A stretch of 64,000 bases of DNA. Origin: an uncultured Oligoflexales bacterium (GTDB taxonomy: Bacteria > Bdellovibrionota_B > Oligoflexia > Oligoflexales > CAZLMG01). The translations under genes and the position numbers were made by a program. Location of the stretch: NCBI GenBank assembly GCA_964560765.1, contig CAZLMG010000007.1, positions 31,930 through 95,929 on the forward strand. Reading direction: 5' to 3'. How positions within the stretch are numbered: position 1 is the first letter of the stretch; every line of letters begins with the position of its first letter. The notes under the pieces were generated by a model. That model did no database searches. It saw only the letters and a program-made list of their open reading frames with translations, and was not told the origin of the DNA. This document shows, piece after piece, positions 9,185-18,438 of the stretch.

Positions 9185-10351
9185 ATGAATATTCATGAGT
9201 ATCAGGCCAAACAGCTCTTTGCCGAAAACGGTATTCCAGTTCCGAAGGGAGTTCTGGCTAGCTCACCCATCGAAGCCGAGTTCGCATTTCGGCACCTGAA
9301 GGTACCGGTTGCCGTTGTAAAGGCTCAGATTCATGCAGGCGGGCGGGGTAAAGGCGGTGGCGTCAAGTTGGTGAAGTCTGCGGACGAGTGCGCCCAGGTT
9401 GCCGAGAAAATGCTCGGGATGCAGCTCGTGACACACCAAACCGGCGCAGAGGGTAAGTTGGTGCGGAAGGTCTATGTCGAGGCCGGTTCCGATATCGCCA
9501 AAGAATATTACCTAGCGATGTTGGTAGACCGGGAAACTGCTAAAGTCGCCATCATGTTTTCCACTTCCGGTGGTATGGACATCGAAGAAGTCGCGCACAA
9601 GACCCCCGAGAAAATTGTAACGGTCCACGTGCATCCTGCGAGTGGTTTGCAGCCCTATCATGTTCGCGAGATTTGTTTCAGCATGGACCTGCCCGAGAAT
9701 GAGGCCAAGGCGCTCGGCAAGATCGTTAAAGACCTCTACAAGATGTTCGTGAAATACGACTTCTCGCTTCTCGAAATTAATCCCCTGATTGTGACCAAGA
9801 GCGGCGAAATGTTTGCCCTCGATGGCAAGATGAACTTCGACGATAACGCACTTTTCCGGCACCCTGAGATCGCTGTGATGCGGGATTTTACGGAAGAAGA
9901 TAGCCGCGAAATCGAAGCATCCAAGTTTGGTCTGAGCTACATCGGCTTGGATGGGGATATCGGCTGCCTGGTTAACGGTGCGGGCTTGGCTATGGCGACT
10001 ATGGACATCATCAAGCACTGCGGTGGCGATCCGGCCAACTTCTTGGATGTGGGCGGTGGTGCAAATCAAGAGCAAGTTCGCAACGCCTTTCGTATTCTAT
10101 TGCAGGATAAGAAGGTGAAAGCGATTTTCGTAAACATTTTTGGCGGGATCATGCGGTGTGACGTCATCGCCAACGGAGTTGTGGCAGCGGCCCGAGAGCT
10201 TGGCATGAAGATTCCATTGGTTGTGCGCCTAGAAGGAACAAACGTCGACCAAGGTAAACGAATTCTGGAAGAGTCCGGCATCAATCTGATTGCTGCCAAC
10301 GACATGACCGACGGGGCGCGCAAAGTTGTTGAAGCTGCAAAACGAGCATAG
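9185..10351 (+). CDS. sucC: succinyl-CoA synthetase beta subunit
   Basis: MNIHEYQAKQLF start, ATP-grasp region, and CLVNGAGLAMATMDIIK...GGDPANFLDVGGGA motifs. Followed immediately by sucD. Confidence 0.95.
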   Translation: MNIHEYQAKQLFAENGIPVPKGVLASSPIEAEFAFRHLKVPVAVVKAQIHAGGRGKGGGVKLVKSADECAQVAEKMLGMQLVTHQTGAEGKLVRKVYVEAGSDIAKEYYLAMLVDRETAKVAIMFSTSGGMDIEEVAHKTPEKIVTVHVHPASGLQPYHVREICFSMDLPENEAKALGKIVKDLYKMFVKYDFSLLEINPLIVTKSGEMFALDGKMNFDDNALFRHPEIAVMRDFTEEDSREIEASKFGLSYIGLDGDIGCLVNGAGLAMATMDIIKHCGGDPANFLDVGGGANQEQVRNAFRILLQDKKVKAIFVNIFGGIMRCDVIANGVVAAARELGMKIPLVVRLEGTNVDQGKRILEESGINLIAANDMTDGARKVVEAAKRA

Positions 10352-10367
10352 GTAAAAGGAGCTATCA

Positions 10368-11252
10368 GTGGCTATTTTGATTGATAAGAATACGCGAGTC
10401 ATTACCCAAGGCATCACCGGCAAGTCCGGTATTTTCCATACGCAACTTTCCCATGAGTATGCACCTCGCTTTGTCGGTGGTGTCACGCCTGGAAAGGGTG
10501 GAACCAAAGGCGTATGCGACCTGCCGATCTTTGACACGGTGGCGGAAGCCCGGGAGAAATCTGGCGCCAACGCTTCGATGATTTTCGTCCCACCCCCATT
10601 CGCAGCGGACGCGATTATGGAAGCGATTGAGGCGGAAATCGAGCTGATCGTTTGCATCACCGAAGGTATTCCCGTTCAAGATATGATTCCGGTGAAGCAC
10701 ATGCTGAAGGGCAGTAAATCTCGGCTGATCGGGCCAAACTGTCCGGGTGTCATTACCCCGGGCCAGTGCAAGATCGGTATTATGCCGGGGCACATCCATA
10801 AGCCAGGAAAATGCGGTATTGTCTCGAAATCCGGGACGCTAACATATGAGGCCGTTTTCCAAACGACCGCTGTTGGTGTTGGCCAGTCTTCCTGCATCGG
10901 CATTGGCGGTGACCCGATCATTGGTACCGTGTATATCGACCTGCTGCAAATGTTCGAAGAAGATCCTGATACAGAGGCTATCATTCTGATCGGTGAAATT
11001 GGCGGAGACGCGGAGATCAAAGCTGCGCAGTTCATCAAGGAAAACATCAAGAAGCCGGTCACCGCGTTCATTGCTGGTCAAACCGCCCCGACAGGTAAAC
11101 GTATGGGTCATGCCGGTGCAATCATTTCGGGTGGAGCGGGGACAGCTGCCGAAAAGATCGATGCATTACGTGCGGCTGGGGCCTCAGTGGCGATTTCTCC
11201 TGCGGAAATCGGTACCACTCTGGCAGAAGCATGGCGTAAGAAGACGCGCTAA
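10368..11252 (+). CDS. sucD: succinyl-CoA synthetase alpha subunit
   Basis: [20 protein letters not shown]-terminus, [20 protein letters not shown], and the catalytic His loop [11 protein letters not shown]. Confidence 0.95.
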   Translation: MAILIDKNTRVITQGITGKSGIFHTQLSHEYAPRFVGGVTPGKGGTKGVCDLPIFDTVAEAREKSGANASMIFVPPPFAADAIMEAIEAEIELIVCITEGIPVQDMIPVKHMLKGSKSRLIGPNCPGVITPGQCKIGIMPGHIHKPGKCGIVSKSGTLTYEAVFQTTAVGVGQSSCIGIGGDPIIGTVYIDLLQMFEEDPDTEAIILIGEIGGDAEIKAAQFIKENIKKPVTAFIAGQTAPTGKRMGHAGAIISGGAGTAAEKIDALRAAGASVAISPAEIGTTLAEAWRKKTR

Positions 11253-11254
11253 TC

Positions 11255-11803
11255 ATGCTCGGAATTCGTCACTATCGTGGTGTTGCCGTTGACCTCTGGC
11301 AGGGTGACATCACGACGTTTGTTTGCGACGGAATGGGAAACGCGGCCAATTCGTCTTTGGCAGGCGGTGGCGGAGTAGATGGTGCCATCCATGATGCGGG
11401 CGGCCCGACAATTCTTGAGCAGTGTCGCGCGTTAGGCGGTTGCCCAACGGGTTCAGCTGTGGCAACCACAGCCGGAAATTTGCCAGCAAAGTACGTATTA
11501 CATGGTGTTGGCCCCGTATGGCAGGGGGGCGTACATGGAGAAGATGCGGCACTCGCCAGCACCTACACCAGCATCCTTGATCTCGGACTCAAACATGAGC
11601 TGCGGCATTTAGCGATTCCGGCTATCAGCATCGGGGCTTACGGCTATCCGGTGGAACGTGCAGCAAGCATTTCCCTACAGGCCGTGCGGGAGTGGATCGA
11701 TCTGCAAAAGGGCTCGTTTCCAAAGCGCGTAACCTTTGTGCTGTATTCTGGAACTGACTATGCCATGTACCAGGCGGCACTATTTGCAACGTTTCCCGAA
11801 TAG
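11255..11803 (+). CDS. macro-domain protein (O-acyl-ADP-ribose deacylase type, YmdB-like)
   Basis: LWQGDITTF...GNAANSSLAGGGGVDGAIHDAGG...AKYVLHGVGPVW is the canonical macro-domain signature. Starts 2 nt after the sucD stop. Confidence 0.85.
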   Translation: MLGIRHYRGVAVDLWQGDITTFVCDGMGNAANSSLAGGGGVDGAIHDAGGPTILEQCRALGGCPTGSAVATTAGNLPAKYVLHGVGPVWQGGVHGEDAALASTYTSILDLGLKHELRHLAIPAISIGAYGYPVERAASISLQAVREWIDLQKGSFPKRVTFVLYSGTDYAMYQAALFATFPE

Positions 11804-11817
11804 AAAACGGTTTCCCC

Positions 11818-12768
11818 ATGAATCCAAGACAACTCAAGGAAATCGCCTATTACGGAACTGGCGGCACGTTCGATCAGTTTCTTACGCCTGCGACTCCAGA
11901 GGAGTTGGCGCAGCAAATGCGAGAAATTGCTAGCAAGCGGACCAAGTTAATGATCTTGGGCGGCGGCACCAATACATTAGTCATGGATCGCCATTGGGAT
12001 GGAGCCGTCCTCGTATTTTCGAGTCTGGTGCGACTGGATGTGAGCGGATCAAGTATCACAGTTGGAGCCGGTGTTGAGAATTCGAGTGTTGCTCGTGCCG
12101 CGCATCAGCACGGTCTGCAAGGTGCCGGTTGGATGTATCGACTACCGGGGCAGATTGGCGGAACCGTGAGGATGAATGCTCGCTGCTATGGTGGGGAAAT
12201 CAGCCAGATTGCGTCACGGGTTGTGGCTGTAACTCGCGATGGTCAGATTCGCCGCTACGCAGATCCGGGTATTTTTCGTGGCTACAAAGACACTATTTTT
12301 ATGGAAAACGGTGAAATCGTAGTCGAGGCGGAGCTGGAGCTTGCGCCCGGTGATCCCTCTGCGATCGAAAAGGAAATGAACTTTTGCGAGACCGACCGAA
12401 CGTCGAAAGGGCAATTTGAGTATCCAACCTGTGGCTGTGTCTTTAAGAACAACTACCAAGTTGGTGTGCCTTCAGGGATGCTGCTGGATGCTTCCGGTGT
12501 GAAGGCGCTAGGCGGCAGTCGCGTGTCTATCAATCCACATCACGCTAACTTTGTTTATAACAAGGGTGCGACTAGCGACGAGATATTGGAACTAACCTTC
12601 GAAATGCGTGAGCTTGTCTATCGTGAATTTGGCGTGTGGCTAGAATACGAAATGGAAATTTTAGGCAATTTAACCCCAGAGCAGGCCAAACGTTTCCACG
12701 ACGCTAAACCAGAGAGCTGGCGCCAAGACAAAATAGACAAGTTGCGAGAGCGTTTCGTTAAGCGTTAA
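11818..12768 (+). CDS. murB: UDP-N-acetylenolpyruvoylglucosamine reductase
   Basis: FAD-binding PCMH-type N-terminal half (YGTGGT, ILGGGTNTLV) and MurB C-terminal motifs (GCVFKN, INPHHANFVYN). Confidence 0.85.
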   Translation: MNPRQLKEIAYYGTGGTFDQFLTPATPEELAQQMREIASKRTKLMILGGGTNTLVMDRHWDGAVLVFSSLVRLDVSGSSITVGAGVENSSVARAAHQHGLQGAGWMYRLPGQIGGTVRMNARCYGGEISQIASRVVAVTRDGQIRRYADPGIFRGYKDTIFMENGEIVVEAELELAPGDPSAIEKEMNFCETDRTSKGQFEYPTCGCVFKNNYQVGVPSGMLLDASGVKALGGSRVSINPHHANFVYNKGATSDEILELTFEMRELVYREFGVWLEYEMEILGNLTPEQAKRFHDAKPESWRQDKIDKLRERFVKR

Positions 12769-13054
12769 GTCGCCGCAAGTTGTCGAACGTATAAATTCCC
12801 GTCCGGTGCCCATCATTAAAGTGAATCTGCAACGCATATCGGCCGACAGAATCAATGACGACTGGGCGGACCGTTTCGGGAATTGCGGCCGGCTGCAGCT
12901 GGCGCTTGCCCGTCCATTCATCGACACACTCGGCGCACGGGCAACGTCGGCGCAATGTGACAACATCAAGCTCTTGCTCAACGCCATCGCTCCAGCGGAT
13001 CCACAGGCTTCGTTCACCGCGCTGCGCTATATCGGAAACTCGAACCATACTCAT
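12758..13054 (-). CDS. DUF971 (gamma-butyrobetaine hydroxylase N-terminal-like) protein
   Basis: LWIRWSDGVEQELDVVTLRRRCPCAEC...YALQIHFNDGHRTGIYTF. I moved the start to the internal ATG at 13054. The track start at 13108 would overlap apbC by 41 nt. Confidence 0.7.
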   Translation of the reverse strand: MSMVRVSDIAQRGERSLWIRWSDGVEQELDVVTLRRRCPCAECVDEWTGKRQLQPAAIPETVRPVVIDSVGRYALQIHFNDGHRTGIYTFDNLRRLNA

Positions 13055-13067
13055 CGTTATGCAACCT

Positions 13068-14213
13068 CTACTGCCACTGAATGCGGAACGAATTTCGCAC
13101 GTTGTCATTGTTATGGGTCATGATCGCTAACTGGCGGGCCGTATTGGCGGCAATTTCGTCAAAGCACAATTTTGACGCGGACTCACTGCTCGCTAGCGCT
13201 AACGGATCACCCGCGTCTCCTGCAACTGCAACGGCTGGATCCATGGGTAGTTGTCCAAGTAGCGGCACTCCAAATTGGTCGGCGAGCCTCTGCCCACCGC
13301 CCTCTCGGAAAATGGGGTGCTTCTTGGTGCAGCCGTCACAAATGAAGTAGCTCATGGTTTCTACGATGCCAATGATCGGAACGTGAGTAATCTCGAACAT
13401 CTTCATGGCTTTTTTGGCATCTAAGAGAGCCAACTCTTGAGGTGTGGTGACGACGATGGCTCCGGCAATGGTCGCTTGCTGGCTTAGGGTAATCTGAATG
13501 TCACCAGTTCCCGGCGGATAATCAATGATGAGGTAATCCAGGTTTCCCCAATTGGTTTGCTGGAGAAACTGCCGTACCAACTGGGAGGCCATCGGACCGC
13601 GCAGGGCTGCAGCCTTGTCCGGGCCGATAAACATGGCGGACGTCATAATCTTAACGCCAGAAACTTCCGGAGGCACAACTAGATTGCCATCCATACTCGG
13701 CGGCTGGCCAACATTGGTCATTTGACGCAGCGAGGGGCCGTAAACATCGGCATCAAGGATTCCAACTCTCGCGCCCATCCGAGCCAATGTATAGGCAAGG
13801 TTAACAGAAACCGTTGATTTGCCGACACCACCCTTGCCGCTGGCTACTGCGATGATGTTGCGGACTCCATCTAGACCCGTCTTTGGTGCTGCGCTCGTGG
13901 CAGCAGCCTTGGGCGGCTCTGCCGCGGTCATGTGAACCTGAATCTGCTCAACGCCGGTGATGTTGCCAATTGCGGTAATACACTGATTGCGAAGCTCTTC
14001 CTTAACCGGGCAAGCAGGAGTCGTCAGCTCGACCGTCACTCTTACCGACGAGTTATCGATAGCAACATCCTTAACAAACCCAAGACTAACGATGTCTTTG
14101 CCCAAGTCAGGGTCCTGAACGCTGGACAGCGCCGACAGCACAGCTTGCTGTGTGACCTGTGTACGACCGATCTTGCTCTTAAAAGACGATTGCAGGTCAG
14201 TGAATAGGCCCAC
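13068..14213 (-). CDS. apbC: Mrp/NBP35-family Fe-S cluster carrier ATPase
   Basis: N-terminal DUF59-like segment (LSSVQDPDLGKDIVSLGFV), deviant Walker A IAVASGKGGVGKST, and a CDGC pair. Starts 3 nt after the trxB stop. Confidence 0.9.
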   Translation of the reverse strand: MGLFTDLQSSFKSKIGRTQVTQQAVLSALSSVQDPDLGKDIVSLGFVKDVAIDNSSVRVTVELTTPACPVKEELRNQCITAIGNITGVEQIQVHMTAAEPPKAAATSAAPKTGLDGVRNIIAVASGKGGVGKSTVSVNLAYTLARMGARVGILDADVYGPSLRQMTNVGQPPSMDGNLVVPPEVSGVKIMTSAMFIGPDKAAALRGPMASQLVRQFLQQTNWGNLDYLIIDYPPGTGDIQITLSQQATIAGAIVVTTPQELALLDAKKAMKMFEITHVPIIGIVETMSYFICDGCTKKHPIFREGGGQRLADQFGVPLLGQLPMDPAVAVAGDAGDPLALASSESASKLCFDEIAANTARQLAIMTHNNDNVRNSFRIQWQ

Positions 14214-14216
14214 TTA

Positions 14217-15146
14217 TTACTCCTCGTGCTCTAAAAATCGCTGGGCTTGGATGGCCGCTTGGCAGCCCATACCTGCTGCGGTGATCGCTTGTCGAAATTC
14301 GTGGTCTGCAATGTCACCGGCAGCAAACACGCCTTCGACGTTCGTTTTCGTATGGTCGTGTACTTTTATGTATCCATTTTCATCGACGGCCACGTAATCG
14401 GCAAAGATCTTTGAATTCGGCGTGTGACCGATGGCCATAAACAGACCATCGATCTTCAGCTCGCTGGTTTCGCCGGTCTCGACATGACGCACTTGGATGC
14501 CGGTCAACCCCGACTCGTTGAATAGCGGTCGGTCGATTCCGTAAGGAACCATTAACTTAATCTTTGGATCTTTCTTTGTGCGCTCGACCATGATGGGCGA
14601 TGCACGAAACTCAGCACGACGATGAATCAAAGTCACGGATGCGCACATCTTTGCCAAATAAGTTGCCTCTTCCATGGCGGAATCGCCGCCGCCGATAACG
14701 GCAACATGTTTGCCCTTGTAGAAAAACCCGTCACAGGTGGCGCAGGTTGATAACCCCCGGCCCATCAGTTCGGCTTCATGGGGCAATTTCAGAGTCTTGG
14801 CGGTTGCGCCGGTACTGATAATTACGGTCTTGGCCAAGTGCATCTGATCGCCAACCCAGATCTTGAAAGGGCGTTTTGAGAAATCAACCTTTGTGACTTC
14901 GTCGTAGACAACCCGAGCGCCGACGCGCTCAGCCTGAGCGGTCATATCTGCCATTAGCTTCGGCCCCTGAATGCCATGCTCGAATCCAGGAAAGTTTTCG
15001 ACTTCTGTAGTCGTGGTCAGTTGGCCGCCATGCTGCAGGCCCGCGAAGATAATCGGTTTCAGCGCAGCGCGAGAGGTGTAGATGGCGGCAGTTAGTCCTG
15101 CGGGTCCAGTCCCAATAATGACGACATTTTCAGCGGTTTGACTCAT
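14217..15146 (-). CDS. trxB: thioredoxin-disulfide reductase
   Basis: FAD motif VVIIGTGPAGLTAAIY, redox-active CATCDG, NADPH motif VIGGGDSAMEEA, and C-terminal GVFAAGD. Confidence 0.95.
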   Translation of the reverse strand: MSQTAENVVIIGTGPAGLTAAIYTSRAALKPIIFAGLQHGGQLTTTTEVENFPGFEHGIQGPKLMADMTAQAERVGARVVYDEVTKVDFSKRPFKIWVGDQMHLAKTVIISTGATAKTLKLPHEAELMGRGLSTCATCDGFFYKGKHVAVIGGGDSAMEEATYLAKMCASVTLIHRRAEFRASPIMVERTKKDPKIKLMVPYGIDRPLFNESGLTGIQVRHVETGETSELKIDGLFMAIGHTPNSKIFADYVAVDENGYIKVHDHTKTNVEGVFAAGDIADHEFRQAITAAGMGCQAAIQAQRFLEHEE

Positions 15147-15321
15147 TCGGGTATCCTTGCATGATATGGCCGATAACGCTTAGAAAGCGGTAAGATAGCA
15201 GTGAATGTCGCTAGTGTCATTAGATGCCGATCGAACGCCCAAGGCATTTGCATGGTCGACATCGAGGGCGCGCCCTGGAATACTAAATACGGTTGTCATT
15301 TTCTAGCGTTAAGGCGGATTT

Positions 15322-16800
15322 ATGCGACTTATGTATGGCCTCCTGGGCGTTTTGGCATTCGAATCAGCCAGCGCTGCGCGAGCCGATTCTGTGCTGACAA
15401 AGATCTACAGCAAGTTTCTGCAGCCGGTACAAGAGTCTGTGCACGTCGTGCGACTGAGCGATGGCGCCACATTATTTGCGCAGGATCCTGATTTGGAGTT
15501 GACGCCAGCATCAGTCAGTAAGCTCGTTACAGCAGCTGCTGTTCTAGATGCCCTTACGCCTGCATTTCGGTTTCAGACCAAGGTGTACCACACGGGACGG
15601 CGCCAAGGCGGGGTCATCAATGGCGACCTCGTTGTTGTGGGTGATGGTGATCCATTTCTAGTATCCGAGAAAATGTGGCAGATGGCTGTGGACCTACGAA
15701 ACTTAGGAATTTCGGCCATCAAGGGTGACTTGATCATCGACGATCGGCTTTTTGATGATGAGGCTCGTGATAAGTCCCGACTTGCGGGAGCCGTGTCCAG
15801 CAGTCGAGCTTATGATGCACCGGTATCTGCATTTGGCGTCAATTTTAATACTTTCGCCGTGATGGTCGTACCAGGACCGGCTGTGGGGTCTCCCGCACGA
15901 ACCGTTCTAGATCCGTACCATCTCTCGGGTATCCGAATTCAGAGCGACGCAAAAACGACAAATGGGAGCGGACGCGATGGAATTCGCGTCTCTAGAGTTC
16001 TCGATGGCAAGAGTGGACAAGAAGTCATTCATGTTGCTGGTTCGATTGGTGTCTCGGCGGAGCCGACAAAGATTTATCGTTCCGTCGGAGATTACCGATC
16101 GGCGGCCGGCGAGTATTTGCGCGCCTTTCTCGAGGCGCAAGCTATCTCCATTGCGGGCAGCACACGCCTTGGTGCTTTGCCCGCCGAGCGTCAGCTACTT
16201 TACACGCTCGATGGATATCCTATGCAGAAAGTCATTGAAGGGCTGAACAAGTATTCGAATAACTATATCGCCGATGTCTTGGTGAAACGAGTGGGGGCGA
16301 AATTTCCTAGCAACGGACAAATAACCGATGCACCTGGCGCCGGAACCTATCAAAATGGTATCGCAGTCATCGAGAAATTCATGCGGAACCGTGTTGGCAT
16401 CAAGACGCCATTCACCATTCGCAATGGGTCTGGGCTTTCAACTGAGAATCGATTGACGGCCAGACAGATGACCCAACTGCTGTCCTATATGGAGACGCGG
16501 ATGGATCTATTCCCGGAGTTTTTAGCGAGTTTGCCTGCTGCTGGTTGGGATGGCACCTTGCGCGACCGACTGACCAGTGAGCAAAAAAAGCTGGAGGGTG
16601 GTAAGGTCAGGGCCAAGACCGGCACTCTGACGGAGCCCGTTTCGGTGGCTAGTTTGGCTGGATATGTGCGACATCCGAGGCATGGCTGGATCGCGTTTGC
16701 GATGATTGAGAATGGCAAGTCAAAGTTGAAACAACCGAATGTCGGAGACCTCAGGGCGCGACAGGATCAAGCTCTGTCGCGAATACTGGACTTGCCGTGA
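15322..16800 (+). CDS. dacB: D-alanyl-D-alanine carboxypeptidase/endopeptidase (PBP4, peptidase S13)
   Basis: Signal peptide. SxxK (PASVSKLVT), SxN (YSNNYIAD) and KTG (RAKTGTL) motifs in PBP4 order and spacing. Confidence 0.85.
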   Translation: MRLMYGLLGVLAFESASAARADSVLTKIYSKFLQPVQESVHVVRLSDGATLFAQDPDLELTPASVSKLVTAAAVLDALTPAFRFQTKVYHTGRRQGGVINGDLVVVGDGDPFLVSEKMWQMAVDLRNLGISAIKGDLIIDDRLFDDEARDKSRLAGAVSSSRAYDAPVSAFGVNFNTFAVMVVPGPAVGSPARTVLDPYHLSGIRIQSDAKTTNGSGRDGIRVSRVLDGKSGQEVIHVAGSIGVSAEPTKIYRSVGDYRSAAGEYLRAFLEAQAISIAGSTRLGALPAERQLLYTLDGYPMQKVIEGLNKYSNNYIADVLVKRVGAKFPSNGQITDAPGAGTYQNGIAVIEKFMRNRVGIKTPFTIRNGSGLSTENRLTARQMTQLLSYMETRMDLFPEFLASLPAAGWDGTLRDRLTSEQKKLEGGKVRAKTGTLTEPVSVASLAGYVRHPRHGWIAFAMIENGKSKLKQPNVGDLRARQDQALSRILDLP

Positions 16801-16831
16801 GTCTTCCATCAGGGCAATTCATCGACAGTCT

Positions 16832-18235
16832 TTAGATCGAGCTCAGGTTCCCTAACTGCTGCTGCAGTCCTTGCAGGGCTCCAAGACGCAAGAACGTCAG
16901 CAGCGCTGCGGCCTGCTGACCGCTGAAATTGCCGTTGATCAGCTGCGCTTGCGACATGATGGTTGCCAACAGCGCTTGTGGATCGCCCAGCGTGCCGATA
17001 CTAAGTAATTTGGAAAAGTCAGGTAACGCTGTCAGGGCTGCCGACTTGGGGTTGCCGTTGTTTGCTGCAGCTCCGGCGAACATCTGGCTCAGTATGCCGA
17101 TGGCGGCGGCAATCCCAGCGGGATTTCCGGTTGCCGCAAGTCCCGCGACAACGGCGAGGCTGGCCAAGTCAGTTGCTCCAGATTGCTGTAACTGAGATGG
17201 GTTCAGAAATCCCGACAACAGAGACGTTAGATCTGTGGGTGCACCAGCCGGCGCCTGCTTTGCAGCCGCTTGACTCGCCATTCCCAGTACGGTCATCAGG
17301 TCGGCTAGGCCGTTAAGTCCACCAAAATTGGGCGCTGCTCCCAAGCCACCGGGAATCAACTGGGCAACCTGGGGTAGTATGCCTGAAATGTCGGCTAATT
17401 GATCGGCTTGCAAGCCGGCAAGAAGTTGCCCGAGACTCGAGATCACATCGAGGCCGGGAGCGCTCGCAAGACCTGCGGGCAGATAACTGAGCCCTGCACC
17501 TGCGCCCGAACTAGACTGAAGAGAAAGATGCGTTTCGGTGATGAATTGGGCAGTGCCAGTTTTCCAATCGGGAACGGCTTCGATGCCCATGGAGTGCGCG
17601 ATTGCAACCGCGACGTACATGGGTAAATCATCTGTGTTACGAACAACATCGGAAAAGACAAACGCGACATCTGCTGCCCGCAGGTTATAGCGATCGAAGG
17701 TGGTGGCGACGACGGGAGCGGCGACACTGTCAGGGCAGCCGAGTTGCTCATAGCTGCCGCCTAGTACAATTTTTGTCGCGCCCGCTGTCGGCTTCTGGGT
17801 GATCGAAACAGGAACTGGCAGATCTCGGAGCAACAGGCGAACATTTGCTGTCAGCTTTGTGAGTGCGGCTTCATCCAAATCGGCGGCACTGATTTTTCCT
17901 TGAGCGGCGCATGGCAACGTGCTTTGGCTAGCTCCGTGCCCCTTTTGGTAGGTGAATCCGCCGGGTACCAATTGAACGTCGATGACGGCATCCTGTGGCG
18001 CTAGGGATTGCCTGGTGAGTCCTGCGAGGATTTGTTGGGCATTGGCTAGATGATAGCCACGCGTCGGTTCTGTCGATAGAATGGTCTCGGAGCTACGATC
18101 TTCCCCAATGGAGTCCTCTGCCCCCGAGGTCTGCAATCGGGGGAGTTCCCCAGATCCACATGCAAGAGACAGTGCCAAGAATCCAAGGTATGCTGCATTG
18201 CAGGCAGTGTGGAGGGGATGGCGCTGATTCGTCAT
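16832..18235 (-). CDS. hypothetical lipoprotein with low-complexity Ala/Gly/Leu/Gln-rich C-terminal half
   Basis: 467-aa ORF with lipobox LALSLACGSG. The C-terminal ~220 aa are compositionally biased (LGQLLAGLQADQLADISGIL...AAIGILSQMFAGAAANNGN...). Confidence 0.55.
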   Translation of the reverse strand: MTNQRHPLHTACNAAYLGFLALSLACGSGELPRLQTSGAEDSIGEDRSSETILSTEPTRGYHLANAQQILAGLTRQSLAPQDAVIDVQLVPGGFTYQKGHGASQSTLPCAAQGKISAADLDEAALTKLTANVRLLLRDLPVPVSITQKPTAGATKIVLGGSYEQLGCPDSVAAPVVATTFDRYNLRAADVAFVFSDVVRNTDDLPMYVAVAIAHSMGIEAVPDWKTGTAQFITETHLSLQSSSGAGAGLSYLPAGLASAPGLDVISSLGQLLAGLQADQLADISGILPQVAQLIPGGLGAAPNFGGLNGLADLMTVLGMASQAAAKQAPAGAPTDLTSLLSGFLNPSQLQQSGATDLASLAVVAGLAATGNPAGIAAAIGILSQMFAGAAANNGNPKSAALTALPDFSKLLSIGTLGDPQALLATIMSQAQLINGNFSGQQAAALLTFLRLGALQGLQQQLGNLSSI

Positions 18236-18309
18236 GCAGAGGTTCCTCTAAGGTTGTGTATCGTGGCTCGGCCAACAAGCACAAAAGGCGCCTCGGACTT
18301 GTCAGTATG

Positions 18310-18325
18310 GAAATTCATGAATTTC
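18310..18325. repeat. perfect 16-bp palindrome GAAATTCATGAATTTC, candidate operator
   Basis: Read directly from the sequence. Lies in the divergent intergenic region between the lipoprotein gene (start 18235, -) and the FAD oxidoreductase gene (+). Confidence 0.5.
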
Positions 18326-18438
18326 TTTAACCATCCGATAGTAATTAATAAAATGACGGTAATTCGCGGTGAGACGTCGGCTGGTACACCGTCCGGCAGA
18401 TGATTTCCCGGGCAGATCATTCCTGGAGGTTTTCGCAC

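Noticed and set aside
10365-10799. A 144-aa minus-strand ORF inside sucD, and similar ORFs inside sucC, flhA, the ALDH-like gene and the phosphosugar mutase gene
   Set aside because: They overlap genes with very strong homology signatures on the other strand. There is no independent support for them.
11255-11803. The macro-domain protein as a DarG-type antitoxin
   Set aside because: It is a 182-aa stand-alone YmdB-like macro domain with no DarT (DUF4433) partner. It is embedded between sucD and murB.
15169-15176. An exact sigma-28 -10 consensus GCCGATAA upstream of dacB
   Set aside because: There is no TAAA-like -35 at the 15-nt spacing (it reads GGTA). An exact 8-mer is expected about twice by chance in 128 kb of two-strand sequence. 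dacB is not an expected FliA target.
15265-15276. A 12-bp GC palindrome AGGGCGCGCCCT in the trxB/dacB intergenic region
   Set aside because: 12-bp perfect palindromes are expected more than ten times by chance in 64 kb, so this one is not distinctive.
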